Assembly: GCA_951406725.2 (NCBI GenBank)
Contig: OX597830.1
Coordinates: 15,252,001 to 15,316,000, forward strand
Direction of reading: 5' to 3'
DNA length: 64,000 nucleotides
Source: Octopus vulgaris
Lineage: Eukaryota
The notes beneath the pieces were generated by a model. It did not search any database. It worked only from the letters and a program-made list of their open reading frames with translations, and was not told where the DNA came from. The position numbers and the translations under genes are program-made. Positions 42,160 to 56,896 of this stretch are shown in pieces. How positions within the stretch are numbered: position 1 is the stretch's first letter; every line of letters starts with the position of its first letter.

Positions 42160-43322
42160 CTAAATAATAATGGAGAAAGACAGCGGTAAAAAAAAAGAAA
42201 AAAGAAAGGTAAAAATATACTTATAGGAAGGAATTGTTGCTAAAGTTTGGTTTAGATCAAATTTGAGATTTAAACTAAGTTATTTTTCGCTTTTTTAAAC
42301 GTTTGTTTATATCAATCTGTAGTTAATGATGATTCTATGACAACATCTCAATTTCCATGCATTCTTGTGTGTTAGAAACTGACGTATATGGAATACAGCG
42401 TGTGTGTATATATATATATGTTGATATCAATGCTTATATTCATGTTTGCGTGTGTACGCCAAAGTTCTTTTGTGCAGAGACGGCAGTATACATACATACA
42501 TACATATATATATATATACGTGAATACATGCGTACATGGATACCTACGTACATACATAAATACATATAGATATAGATATATAAATATGATACCATTTTCA
42601 TATGTAACTATGTATACGTAGTGTGTTTGTATATATGTAATAATGGTAATTTGTATTGAATGATATGAACACAATGGTGAATATATATATACATATATAT
42701 ATATATATACACATATATAAAGGAACTATGTGAATGGATGTATAAATGAAATCTATACATCAATATGTGTAAATATACCTATACATATATATGAGTAAAT
42801 AAGCACGCATACCTTCACGCACACGCGCACGCGTATATGTATGTGTATATGTGTATACGTGTGTATGTATATTAATGATTTTGAGAGGTGAATGGTGGGA
42901 ACATGGGATGTTTCGACGCTCATGCTGAACTTTTTTTCTCAGAACTCTTCCAGTTAGGAACAAAAGGGGAAAAAATTGGTTACAGTTATGGTTGTATGGT
43001 TGATCCATATATTATAGCTGAAAAATGTCCCATGCCACGTTTTGAGGGAACTTATCTAGCTCGCTCGTTTTCTGTCTATCAAAAATTATCGGTACAGACG
43101 CACACGCATATGCGAACGCACGCACAAAATGGTGGCTTTTAACAAGTTCGCAACACCATCTAAGGAAAAAAATGTTTAAGGATTTCAAGTCCTCCTCATT
43201 CAGTGGACATGGTGTCATTTCTGTGCTGCTGCCCAACATTATGAAAGGAAACGGATTTAGATGTCACGTGGGATGTCTTTATGTTGGATTCAATACAGAC
43301 GAGATACGGTATTCTTTTTTTG

Positions 43323-43607
43323 ATGTATGTATGTGTATGTATGCATGTATGTATGTATGTATGTATGAATGTATGTATGTATGTATGTATGTATGTATGT
43401 ATGTATGTATGCATGCATGTATGTATGTATGTATGCATGTATGTATGTATATATGTATGTATGCATGTATGTATGCAGGTATGTATGTATGCATGTATGT
43501 ATTTATGTATGTATGTATATATGTATGCATGTATGTATGTATGTATATATGTATGTATGTATGTATGCATGTATGTATGCATGCATGCATGTTTGTATGT
43601 ATGTATG

Positions 43608-43641
<34 letters not shown>

Positions 43642-43650
43642 TGTATGTAT
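43323..43650. repeat. (TATG)n microsatellite
   Basis: Directly visible. Confidence 0.97.
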
Positions 43651-43654
43651 GGGT

Positions 43655-43930
43655 GAAATCGAGTGGCTTAGTGGTCAGCGTACTCAGCTTGCAATCGTAA
43701 GGTCATGAGTTCGATTCACGGCTGCGCGTTGTGCCCTTGAGAAAGACACTTTATGTCATGTTGGTTCAGTGTCAAAAATGAGTTGTACTTGTAATTCAAG
43801 GGTTCAGCCTTGTTGTATTCTGTGTTACGCTGATTCTCTCTGTAAACTAATTCAAATGAACGCGAGTCTGCCCCGAGTGCTCAGCCACTTGCACCGTTAA
43901 TTTCATGAGCAGGCTGTTCCGGTGATCGGA
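43655..43930 (+). mobile_element. SINE C-related element
   Basis: tggcttagtggtcag A box, gagttcgattc B box. Confidence 0.75.
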
Positions 43931-43974
43931 GCAAGAGGACGTTCATGTGGAATGTATTAGTTTGACGCTTAGTA

Positions 43975-44154
43975 AAAAAAAAACAATTGATTTTTGACGT
44001 TTCGAGCATAGCTCTTCGTTAGGAATGAAAAATGAAAGGTGAAAGTCCAAAGAAGGAAAAAATACACTAAAAGCACGTGAATAGTTATACATGTATGTAT
44101 ATATGAATGAATAGCTGGTTGCATGGATGGATGGATGGATGGATACACTATATG

Positions 44155-44195
<41 letters not shown>

Positions 44196-44395
44196 AATGT
44201 GACCGCGTGTGCACCGTTGGCGAGTTTTTTTCCTCTGTCTTCCCTTCTCTGGATCTTTCCTTTTCCTATGTTTCCTACGAAGAGCTCCGCTCGAAACGTT
44301 AAATTCTCCTTCTTTCCTGAGCGTCCAATAATACTATATTTGTTCCACGTCCTCGCGTTGTTGTGTTTTTTGAGCTTTCATGTTTGGATTAACTA
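43975..44395. mobile_element. Two divergent Penelope-like terminal-repeat remnants with degenerate minimal hammerhead motifs
   Basis: ctaacga-a-gagc-tat-gctc-gaaacgtc on minus (43995-44023) and cctacga-a-gagc-tcc-gctc-gaaacgtt on plus (44274-44300). Penelope assignment is inferred from the motif type. Confidence 0.6.
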
Positions 44396-44425
44396 TATAT
44401 ATATATACACACATACACATATATA

Positions 44426-45358
44426 CTAGACTAGCCGTGACCCGTGGGTTACCGGGAGAGTCTGAGTTCCCCAGTAACAGAGTTTTGTTTCGTGGATTTT
44501 TTCTTTTCCAGGTTATTTCGCATGCTTTCAACGAATGTGACATCGAAATCACGCGTGAACGGTTCCTTTCCCCGGAAAAGGAAATATTTGGCTGCTATTT
44601 CTTGCACGCCTTGCTTTCACGTAAGAGGTATTTCGGGTCCTTTATCGCAAGTCGCTGTTACGTGGTAGGAGGGCATACTAGAAATAGCAGCCAAATATTG
44701 GGAGGTAAGATACTTCGAATGCACTGGAAAAAAAACCTATGGAAAAAATTATTTCATGCTGAGGTTACGAACGGGTCTTTTACGAAATATTTACAGTATT
44801 TTTAAAGTCATTTTCACTTTAAAATATGTTTTAGATATGCCAAAAAAGATTGTAATTGCATTCACTTGAAAATAATTTAAAAAGACATTAAAATAGTATC
44901 TCTTTAAAGAAAGCTAAAATATAAATGCTTACTGTACAAATAACTTACATTTTTAAAATCACATTCAATTAGAAATATTTCTAAATGATTAAAATATTGT
45001 GTTTAACAAAAGCGAATACAGAAACATTTACTGTAAAAAACAAATCATATTTTTTCGTTGTCAAGTCACTGTGTCTAATCGAAACGCTAGAGCTTCTTTC
45101 CTTTCAGGATGAAATTATATTCGGAATATATTCCCATTATGCACTTTTTCGGGTATTTATATCCCCAAAATCCGAATATCTCAATAACTACCGGTCCGAT
45201 TTATCCGAAACTTGTTTTATTCCGTTCGTATTAACATTTCAGGGGATACTTAATTCATAGTATTTTCTATTATTCGCCAGTTTGGGTGTGTAGCATTGCA
45301 AGCAAGCAAGCAAGCTCGAACTTTACTTTTATTAGTGTATATATACATACATATAGAT
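44426..45358 (-). mobile_element. Non-autonomous Helitron-like element
   Basis: Minus strand ends in GC-rich cccggtaacccacgggtcacggctagtCTAG|T; 5' part tctat..actaataaaag followed by (gctt)n. 5' edge approximate. Confidence 0.6.
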
Positions 45359-46457
45359 ACATACATACATAAATATATGTACGTGTGTGTCTGTGTGAGT
45401 GTATGGAGCGTGATATATATAGAGAGAAAAAGAGATGGAATGAGAAAGAAAAAGAGAAACTAAAACATATATATGCTTCATATTTTGGTTCACACTCACC
45501 CAAATAAAATATATGATGCGCATATGTGTATGTGTATAGATCGTCGTTTATGCGTATGCGCACGAGTTTGTGCGTACGTGCGTGTGTGTGTGTGTGTGTC
45601 TGCGCGCGCATGTGTGTGCGCGTGCGTGTTACTTTACGGGAACTATACGTGTATAGTGTGTGTTCATGTGCCGCCATCGTACTACTACTACTACTACAAG
45701 TAGTAGTAGTAGTAGTAGTAGGAGGAGGAGGAGGAGGAGGTGGGGAGGAGGAAGGGAGATTTAGCTGCTCTTTACTACTGGCTGTTACCACATACAGGAT
45801 CAGCTCACCGACTCGTATATAAGTTTATTGTAGTTGTAAATGTTGTTATTGCTTTTGTTGTTTCTGTTTTTTTTTTTTTATAGATACTATTATTGTTTTG
45901 CTCCTGGTTAGGCCTGATTGAACAGGCTTATAATTCAAAACCAAAAAGGAAAACTAGAGTGAAACCGAAGTAAGTTGGTGTCAGGATTCTGAAGAAAACA
46001 TATTGAGAAGGCCATTATAGGTATTACAAATAGATATTAATTGAACTTCACTGAAAAATTTAGTAAAGAAACTGATATGAAACAGCTTATTGAAAAGTGT
46101 CTGTGTTGTGAACAATGTCGTCTGCCGGTTGAGTCATTGAAGTGAACAGAAATATTATGTATCACAAAGAAATTACTCAAAATATAAATATATGTATGTA
46201 TGAAACAGAACGGGATATATTTAGAGAAATATACGTAGAACAAAATTTATTGAAATTTATATATTTTTCGTTGTCCTATTGTTGGCAAAGATGGTGTTGG
46301 CGATGGAGAGCTGGTTGTCTGTATAAAGTTCATACATAATGTTTGGATAAGCAATGGACCTATAGTTTTCTGACAATTCAATGTATTCATTCTAAACTCC
46401 TTCTTTGTACAAAGAAGTCAACAAAAATATCGTAGACATACACTCACACACTGACAA

Positions 46458-47142
<685 letters not shown>

Positions 47143-47351
47143 ACAGTTAAGCACATAAATCGGATCACTCTGCTTCTCCAAGCAAAGAGGAAAATGTAGT
47201 GGCGCTTGGTTATATAATACCGACATTAAAGCCGACAGATATACCACAGGGATGGCAGAAGCGGTGGTGGTGTTGTGTCTGCGTTGTTAATGCAAATATT
47301 GCAAGGTCTCACATATGAAATAGAGTTGAAAAATTTCGATTCACCGAGGAA

Positions 47352-47743
47352 TCTCTCTCTATATAAAGCTGAAGTTGTCTGTGTGCGCCAGGTTTGGTAG
47401 CCTTCAACTAACACTATCTCCTCCGAGACTCTGCGGCGCAAGTTGACCAAAATTGAGAGTATGATAGAAGAAGGGTTGCTCTTCCTTCCGTAGAAGATAA
47501 AATTCAAATCGGACCATGTTAACACCAAAACTTATTTACATCAAAAAGGTGCTTTTTTCTATGAAAATTCCCTATTTTTTACGATTTTTTCACTGCTGTG
47601 TCGCCACTTTTCAGTGTATTTCAACCAGAAAAATGTTCACTTGAAGAGAATAACAAGCTACATAATGCAAAATTTTTACTTTTCAAAAATTCCAATTCCA
47701 GCGGGTCGAAACAAATTCGAGCAACGCCGGGCGATACTGCTAG
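47352..47743 (+). mobile_element. Non-autonomous Helitron
   Basis: A|TC start, CTAG|T end, GC-rich subterminal gcaacgccgggcgatactgc, no TSD. Confidence 0.75.
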
Positions 47744-48125
47744 TGTTTCATACAAAGAAGCGAAACAGCCACGTCAATTTAGCGGTATTTTCTCTCCTTC
47801 CATTAGGCAACACTTCTGTGTGTCTACCTGTTCCTTTTAAGGAATGAGCACATTGAGTAGTTGCCCGGGAGCCTCACAGGTCTGGAGAATACTGTGGCTT
47901 GCTGACAATAAATACTGAAGGGCCCCCAGAGTATTGATTTGCTCGGGGTCGATAATGCTGCTATAAAACGGCTCTGGTGTCTATTCAGAACTAAGTCAAG
48001 TCTGTCGGTTTGTATTCCAGTATGATATTTATAGAACTGTTTGTTTGTGTTTATGTATCTTTGTATGTATTTATTTCTTATCTGTCTGTGTTCCTACACT
48101 AAATATCAGTGCTTATACATTAGTG

Positions 48126-48211
<86 letters not shown>

Positions 48212-48684
48212 TGCGTGCATTCTGTGGTGGTGTGCGCACATTGGTATTGACTGCCGACAAAAAGGAGAGTTGGTGAGAAGAATCGACTCATTAATCGCCA
48301 GAAAATACGATTCACATACACATTCGATCACACATAAACGCATGCTTACGCGTGTGTAAAGTCAATACAATGCGTATATATCTTCAAACATTCCGTCAAA
48401 ATCACAACCGACATGGTAACCACATAACAAATGAAGCAGTAGTCATATTATAGTAGTGGTAGTTGTTTACAAGTATCACTGCCTCTGTTACTTCCTTTCC
48501 TTGCCCTTCCTTTTATTCTCTGGGTCTCCCTCATTCACACGCACTCTCTATCTCCCAGTCTCTCTCTCTCTCTCTACCTCTTTCTATCTCTCAATCTCTC
48601 TCCCCTTCTCCCCTTCTTTCTCTCTCTCTCACTCTCTCTCTCTCTCTCTCTCGCTACAGTAAGGATAGGGGTCATTCCTTGTAA

Positions 48685-49165
48685 ACTAGTTTCTCGCAAT
48701 ATCCACTTCTTATTTACGCCACTGTAATAGGGGCGCCTTGTTTGAAAATGTTCTGGATTGGTCGGAAACTCTTCTACTTAAATTGTCCACAAGATTCTTG
48801 ATTATGGCTTGAGGATGGTTGGAATTTTTCTACTATGTTTGGATACATCCCTTGACTCTCTGTAGCGATGGAGTTTGCCCTGTTTCTATATATCGTGTAA
48901 TGTCCACAAATTTAGTTACAATTAGATTGAAGCCAATTGTCTTGTTCAATTCGAATAGCTTGAATATTCCTATCGCGTGTTTTCTAAATTTATTCATGGT
49001 GGGACCATTCATGTTGCATGTAATTGCTAACAGATCGCCATATAACGTCTTCCGGCCAATGAGTAACCGCTCCACTGGTGTCCCGCCAAAATATCACTAC
49101 TTCTCAGTTTATTTCATCGTAGCCTGGACGACAGCGAATAGTATGAAATTTTCAATGCCTTAAAG
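48685..49165 (-). mobile_element. Penelope-like element RT remnant
   Basis: LYGDLLAI..NMNGPTMNKFRK..IGIFK..TIGFNLIVTKFVDIT, then KNSNHPQAIIKNL..LSRRVS..APYY; order and spacing typical of PLE RT. Confidence 0.75.
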
Positions 49166-49475
49166 TAATTCATTCATGAATGTAAACACCATTTTTTATT
49201 TCGTTTGGATACAAATTACGTGTGTGTATTTATGTGTTTGTGCGCGCGCATGTACGCGCGTATGTGTGTGCGTGTATGCATGTATGTTTGTGCGTGTGTG
49301 AGTAAACAACGGGATCCGTACAGTTTCTCTCTCCCAAATACCGTTCAAAAGATATCGAGAAACCAAACCTATGGTAAAAGATATTTGCTCAAGATACCCC
49401 GCAATTGTATCAAACTCAGAACCACCTGAATCTACAGTAACACATATTCTAACCAAATACTCATGGTAATGCAGC

Positions 49476-49675
49476 ATACAAACATACCTACATACATACA
49501 TACATACATAAATACACACATACATACATACATACATACATACATACATACATACATACATACATACATACACACACACATACATACATACATACATACA
49601 TACATACATACATACATACATACATACATACACACACACATACATACATACATACACGCATGCATGCATGCATAC

Positions 49676-49706
<31 letters not shown>

Positions 49707-49748
49707 AACACATACATATACATACATACATACATACATACATACACA

Positions 49749-49786
<38 letters not shown>

Positions 49787-49953
49787 TACATACATACATA
49801 CGTACATATACATACATACATACATACATAAACACACACACACATACATACATACATACATACATACATACATACACACACACATACATACATACATACA
49901 TACACACATACATACATACATACATACATACATACATACATACATACATACAT

Positions 49954-50016
<63 letters not shown>

Positions 50017-50040
50017 TACATACATACATACATACGTATA
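49476..50040. repeat. (CATA/CA)n array adjoining a decayed SINE B head (50041-50195, minus)
   Basis: Directly visible. Confidence 0.9.
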
Positions 50041-50699
50041 CAACTAGCTTCCACAGTTTTCGTCTACCATGTCTACTTACAAGGCATTGGTCGATCCGGG
50101 GCTGTTCTAGAAAGTGCTTACTCAAAGTGCCGTGCAGTGTGACCGAACCCGAATCTATAAGGTTGCTAAGCGAGCTTCTTAATACACCCATGCCTTAACT
50201 GAATTTTTTTTTTTTTATTTAACTCTAATTTCAATTTTTCAACAATGCTGTAACGCTAACACTCAAAGACAACTTAAGGTTTATATTTTGCTAAATATTT
50301 TCACAATTGAATATTAGAGTATTTATTTTCCAAACGAAAATCGGACCAAAAAGAGTCGATTTTCTGCAAATGAAAAGTAAAATATTCACTCAGCTTTAAA
50401 GAGGAAAGGGTTCCATAGAAACTGTGAAATAGTTTGATGTAAACGAAACGAAGCAACTGTTAATACAATTAAAAGAAACGAAGGAAAAACCAGAGCCAGC
50501 ATAACTGCAGTATTTTCAATATGCTCAAAACACGATATACATATGTAGTAATATTTTGGAAACAATAGAAAATAACTCCATTGTTTTGGAATGAAGATAA
50601 AACCCGAAAAATTATTGGTTTTCGACACTTTTACTGTAAGACAATAAGTAGAAAGAATTTTCATTGAAATCAACATTACATATCAAACATCTAAACAGC

Positions 50700-51165
50700 G
50701 ACATCCTGGATTTTAAGGCGGTGAGGAATGGTTAAAGAATCCTTTGAACGAAAGCTTTCTAAATAATATCAAATTGCATGGTGAAACTGCTGAAAAATTT
50801 GTTATACCTAGCTAAAAAAAAAAAAATGAAGACGGTTCTTCTTTAAAACAAATATTTAATGCTGATGAAACTGGTCAATGGATGAATATGCCAAAGAAAA
50901 CTTTTATATCAAGAATAGAAAACAATGGTTAGCGAATTCAAAACATTTACAGATCGAATTGTAGATTATTGCTAAGCTGTAATGCATTAGGTGACTCTTT
51001 AATGAAACCGTTTTAAATGCATACGGCTCATAATTCATAAGTAGTGAAAGAACTGATAAAAAAAATAAGCTGCAATCCCAGTTTATTGCCAAATAAAAAA
51101 TATCTTGGATTTCTGCTGCAATATTTGGAAATTGGTTGCATCAAAGCATTGTTTGGGAAGATGAA
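50700..51165 (+). pseudogene. Tigger/pogo-family transposase remnant
   Basis: NIKLHGETA, KQIFNADETG, MPKKTFIS, CNALGDSLMKP and an NKK..W..IF..W-like segment; frameshifted. Confidence 0.82.
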
Positions 51166-52014
51166 ATTTATGCAACCAACTGGGGGAAAAAGAAGACAGA
51201 ATATAACTTTAATGAGAGATGAGGAAAGCGTCTAACAAAGCAGAAAATTTTAAAAACCTTTATATTTCGGGTGCAAAGGCACATCTTCAGAAGGGTGCAG
51301 TCAAAGAAATGTGTGTCTACGTAGATCCTGCCATTTTGGAGAACTGGATGGGTAGTGATAACTTTAATATCTTCAACAGTCAACAAGATAAACACTGCAT
51401 ATTCAGGTAAAAATTTACACATGATTTTCATTTTTATTGGTTCCGATCATTGGACTGAGGCCACGCTAGAGCACCTCCTTCAAAGGTTTTATTTGATCAT
51501 TTCGACTACAGAGGTTATTTTAGTTTAGTAGTTATTTAATAAACCCCATTTTCGAGCCACTAAATTACAGGACGTTGTGACACACTTTTAAATAATAACA
51601 GAATTTACCTTGGTGAAAACGTCAACACGAATAGAGACACAAACACACATATATAGACATTTTTATATTGTAAGTAATCTTGGAATTTGTCCCAAACTCA
51701 GGGAAACGAGGTGAGAAATTTCGAAAGGGAGAGAATGAACGATTTTCACAAACAGATGGACAGTGTCTAAGTTGACAGAGGTTGGTAGAAAAGCCTTAAG
51801 TGCTGGATACAATTCTTAAACAACTTCGATGTAAAAAATGCTGAAGTGATGTCGACGGCCAGTGACGACGCTTAGGAAAAACAATTGGTGAAGGGCAAAA
51901 ACCAGGGCCCCGAACTATCGAGCCTGCCGGATTGTTGGATTGAGAGAAAATAGAATTTTAATTAACAAGGAATTGTTTGCATATAAAACTGTGCATTCTA
52001 CTTTGTAAGGAGCA

Positions 52015-52226
52015 TTGGACCGGTTTCCTGGTTTCTCTGGCGTAAATATTCCTCCCTGAATGGGATGCTGGTCTATAACAGGATTACTCATTTTTACCAG
52101 TTAAGTAGTCTGGAGAAAGTGAAGTGAAATGTTTTGCTCAAGAACACATCACCCGGTCCAGGATTCGAAACCACAATCTTATGATCATTAATACCTTTAA
52201 CCAACACCCCTAACCACTAAGCCATG
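52015..52226 (-). mobile_element. SINE family C (decayed)
   Basis: ccctaaccactaagcca head in reverse complement. Confidence 0.75.
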
Positions 52227-52404
52227 AGTTCGTTTGTGTCTTCTTTTAATGATAATATCATGAAAGCAAATCACACTAGATTTAATGTATGTATGTATGT
52301 GTATGCATACACACATATATACACACACAAACGCACGCATATATATATATATATATATACATACATGCATGCATACATACATACATACATACATATATAC
52401 ATGT

Positions 52405-52437
<33 letters not shown>

Positions 52438-52497
52438 GGTAAAACGGTAAGATAACAAAAGAAAGAAAGAGACCTCAATATTAGGTAAATAGAGGAA

Positions 52498-52549
<52 letters not shown>

Positions 52550-53123
52550 TTGAGCGAGTTTTCCTGATGACGTATCTGCGAGGGAATTCTTCTGAGATGC
52601 GCTTCAGAAACAAACCCACACGATTTCTAACGTAATTCTATTGTATATTCAAGAAAGACCAGTTTTCTGCAGATCAAAACTTTTTTGTTTCGTTAGATAA
52701 GTCACGTTGATATGATAATGTAGTAAACAGTTGTGCCGTTCTGATCTTGCGTCGATGAAGTCTGATACGGCGTAATTATTAACATACTTTATGGGGGTGG
52801 ACTACGTTAACAATAAAGCCACTGACATGTTCAACACGATTTATAAAACTCTATTGTTGTGATATATATGAGTAATGTAACAGTGCTAATAGGAAGCTTA
52901 AAGGTATAGTGTGAACTGGAGTACTGTGTAGCCCTGCTAAACTGGTCCTTGGGACCGGGGCAATTCCGGATTATCAACTATGCCGGTATATTGAAACTCA
53001 ACATTAAAAAAAGACAAGCAATTTTTTTTATGTCTTCTTTTCTTCGGAAAAAATTAAGTTTTAAATTGTCAACTTTTTTTTAAAAATCTTTAAACCATCC
53101 GAATGTAAACACAAAAGCCATCA

Positions 53124-53429
53124 GTGGAGGCACATGGCCTAGTGGTTAGAGCAACGGACTCGCGGTCGAGGGATCGCGGGTTCGAATCTCAGACCGGGCG
53201 ATGTGTGTGTTTATGAGCGAAACACCTAAGCTCCACGCGGCACCAGCAGAAGGTAATGGCGAACCTCTGCTGACTCTTTCGCCACAACTTTTTCTCCACT
53301 CTTTCCTCCTGCATCTTGCAGCTCACCTGCGACGGACCGGCGTCCCGTCCAGGTGGGTAACCTATACGCCAAGGAAACCGGGAAACAGGGCCTTATGAGC
53401 CAGGCATGGCTCGAGAAGGAACAAACAAA
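53124..53429 (+). mobile_element. SINE family D, tRNA(Arg)-like head, 13-bp TSD
   Basis: tggcctagtggttagagc..gacTCGcgg..gggttcgaatctc; 3' half shared with family C; TSD acaaaagccatca at 53111 and 53430. Confidence 0.9.
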
Positions 53430-53751
53430 ACAAAAGCCATCACGATACCCGTTTCCTTTGATTGCTCGGCATCTTCACTAAAATCGGCGTGTTCTTAGGT
53501 CGTCCTTAAATTAAAAGCAGCTTTTAGTTTTAAAACTTTCTATTATTTTCAAATGCTTGCCACATATCAACACATTTACTTGTCTCTGAACCAGCCATAA
53601 ATTGGATTAATTTGTCGTATTGTTTCTTAATGCTATAGATTGCTGGAAAACATGGCGTTGTGGTTTACGCTGTTCAAGCGCTATATCATTTCAATTTCCG
53701 GTTGCACTGTGGGAATTATATACTTTCTTTCCCTCACCCTTTCTCATGTTG

Positions 53752-53932
53752 ATTGCAAATTTTGGCACAAGGCCAGCAATTCCAGCGGAGTGGGTAAGTC
53801 GATTACATCAGCCCCAGAATCAATTGGTACTTATTTTATCGACCCTGAAAGGATGAAAAGCAAGGTCGACCTCGGAGGTATTTGAACTTAAAACGTAATG
53901 GAGTGCTAACGATTCTCCCAGCTCACCGCCTT
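53752..53932 (-). mobile_element. Old SINE A
   Basis: Family A body and old tail. Confidence 0.8.
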
Positions 53933-54007
53933 GCACCCTTTCTTGTATTTATCATAATAGCTATCATTGGAAGATGTTTTTAGAAACGGGTGGATAATCT
54001 GTAGGTA

Positions 54008-54224
54008 TTCTTTTATTCTTTCATTCTTTTACATGTTTCAGTCATTTGATTGCGGCCATGCTGGAGCACCGCCTTTAGTCGAGCAAATCGACACCAGAGC
54101 TTATTCTTTGGAAGCCTAGTACTTATTCTATCGGTCTCTTTTGCCGAACCGCTAATTTACGGAGACATAAACGCACCAGCATCGGTTGTCAAGCGATGTT
54201 GGTCGGACAAACACAAACACACAA

Positions 54225-54290
<66 letters not shown>

Positions 54291-54495
54291 ACACATATAT
54301 TTATATATATATATACAGATATATATATATACGACGGGCTTCTTCCAGTTTCCGTCTACCAAATCCACTCACAAGGCTTTGGTCAGCCCGAGGCTATAGT
54401 AGAAGACACTTGCCCAAGGTGCCAAGTGGTGGGACTGAACCCGGAACCGTGTGGTTGGCAAGCAAGCTACTTACCACACAACCACTCTTGCGCCT
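54008..54495 (-). mobile_element. SINE family B, full length
   Basis: Head to tail. Confidence 0.92.
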
Positions 54496-54798
54496 AGGTG
54501 CATAAAAATAGATACAAAACATTTAGGTCCTGAAGACAGTTCTCCTAAACGTGAAGCTAAATACCGATAGAGCAATGCCGGTGGTCCGTGGCCTTGCTAG
54601 AAAAGTTACTGAAGCACAAAAGATGCTAGTTTATTGGGTCACGAATTAATGGGAGTTCACCGATCGTACAAGGACAATATGAACATGGAACTGCTACACT
54701 GTGTGAGATGTCATGTCCCTTAAAAGCTCTGGTCGCACCATTGTAACCAAACCAAGAAGCAAGATGTGGAACCTTTATATGAAATATATGGAATGGTA

Positions 54799-54961
54799 GG
54801 CGCAGGAGTGGCTGTGTGGTGAGTAGCTTGCTTACCAACCACTTGGTTCCGGGTTCAGTCCCGCTGCGTGGCACCTTCGGCAAGTGTCTTCTACTATAGC
54901 CTCGGGCCGACCAAAGCCTTGTGAGTGGATTTGGTAGACGGAAACTGAAAGAAGCCCGTCG

Positions 54962-55040
<79 letters not shown>

Positions 55041-55252
55041 GTGTGTGTGTGAGTGTCTGTGTGTGTATGTATGTGTATGTTTGTGTGTCTGTGTTTGTAC
55101 TCCCAACATCGCTTGACAACTGATGGTGGTGTGTTTACGTTCCCGTCACTTAGCGGTTCTGCAAGAGAGACCGACAGAATAAGTACTAGGCTTACAAAGA
55201 ATAAGTCCTGTGGGCGATTTGCTCGACTAAAGGCGATGCTGAAACAAATAAA
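54799..55252 (+). mobile_element. SINE family B
   Basis: Full head; tail internally deleted. Confidence 0.92.
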
Positions 55253-55872
55253 AAAAAGTGTAATTGATGAATTTTTATTTGTTATAAACTATTTTTATTT
55301 GAAATTCATTATTGATCATTGATTTTTGGGGTTGCGTTCATTGATATACATCGTTTTAGTAAACCCGGACTAATTTTATATGAAGAATGTGTGCAGACGC
55401 TGGTATAACTGTGTCGTTAAGAATTTCGTTATGCAAATACCTGGTTTCAAGTTCGATCCCATTGTATAGCACTATGGGCAGCCAAAGATTTATAAGTGAA
55501 ATTTGTGGACAGAAACCGAACATATGCCCGTCGTATATATGATCGTGTATGAGTGTGCTTACGTTTATGTCCGGTAACTTAACTTTCCGACAATTAGATT
55601 TGATCAAATAATGTAATCGACAAAACCCTTCGATGCGGTGCTCCAGTATGACCACAGTCTAGAGTCTAAAAACCAATAAAAGAATAAAAGAACGCAAACT
55701 AAATGGAATTGTTCTCTAAGATGTGAATAGAATTTTAGAAACCCATTGAGAATAATTTAGAAAAGTGCTGAAAATAGCTTAGTAAGTGAGTGATTGGCTT
55801 TAAAGATACGTCACAGATATAGATTCTCAGTTTCCCGGAATTCGTTATTTTAAATGTGTGTAAAAAGATACA

Positions 55873-56086
55873 TACGACGGGGAGCTGAAAAATTCCTGGC
55901 TTTGGGTAAAAGAAAGTACAGGAGGATCAAGAGGATTTTATTCAACATATTGCCCTCTCAGATTCACACACATTGCGGCGGTCCCTCAGTTTTTCTAAGC
56001 CGTTTGAAAAAAACTCAGAGGGTTAGGTTTCCATCCAAGCCTTTCGCGATACCCTTAAAGCCAGGAACTTTTCAGTACCCCCTATA
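55873..56086. mobile_element. Mariner-type MITE, second copy
   Basis: ta|cgacggggagctgaaaaattcctggcttt ... aaagccaggaacttttcagtacccc; homologous to 5389-5615. Confidence 0.8.
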
Positions 56087-56133
56087 TACACATTCATATA
56101 TACATATATATATATATATATATACATGTATAG

Positions 56134-56370
56134 CACGACCTTCGAACTTTAGGCTTCACCAAGGAAATGACTAGTGACCGAGACTTTTGGAAATATGCAG
56201 TGCTTGAGAAGACCCGGCAAGCGAAATGAGGCCATAGCCTCGTGACCTACGCCAGGGGCGTAACCAGCCCACTTATACGTACTTTTTCCTTCTTTGGACA
56301 CTAAACTCTACTTGCGAAGACCTGTTGAGGCAAGTGAAATCAAATCAAAATCAAATTCGATGACTGGTAT
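56134..56370 (+). mobile_element. 3' end of an RTE-clade LINE
   Basis: DLRTLGFTKEMTSDRDFWKYAVLEKTRQAK* (DRxxW terminus), then UTR. Confidence 0.6.
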
Positions 56371-56896
56371 TTTCATCAATTTTTTTAAAAAATATTATTG
56401 TTGATGATGTGAGGTTTGGACGTTGAGCTTACGTTCATGAGGTGGTGAGTTCAATTTTTAATACAGGCGGTACGATACATCGGCAAGATGCATAATTTCA
56501 AATTGCTTCAATCTACTCGGCCAAAAATGAGTACCAGCCCATTACTGATGCAACCCTCACTCCCTTCAGTTTTCACGTACTAGGAGTTCCTTTGGCTCAA
56601 GGACTGGAAGGACTGAGAGGGCATCTGTGTGTTTGCTTACTACGATATAGGCCCCTAAAGCAATTAACAAAAGTCATAAACGCTTGTGATCGATGGCAAT
56701 GTCACGGTTTCAGTTGATACAGTTATTGTTGCTCAGACTTCTCAACTTTAGAACAAAGATTCCTGCCATAGAAAAACGCACTTTCTATTTCGATGTTAGA
56801 TGGGAGAAAGGTACTGAGGATTAAAAAAAATAGAGATTCTTCAGGTTAACATGTCTATGTCCAGAAATTTCAAACATTTTCAGTCTTTTTAACAGT

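Noticed and set aside
52563-52615. CUGAUGA..GAAAC hammerhead candidate
   Set aside because: Stem cgtatct/agatgcg is separated from GAAA by 5 nt and no stem III or cleavage triplet is evident.
53124-53200. tRNA-Arg(TCG)-like gene
   Set aside because: No proper acceptor stem; continues into a SINE body with TSD.
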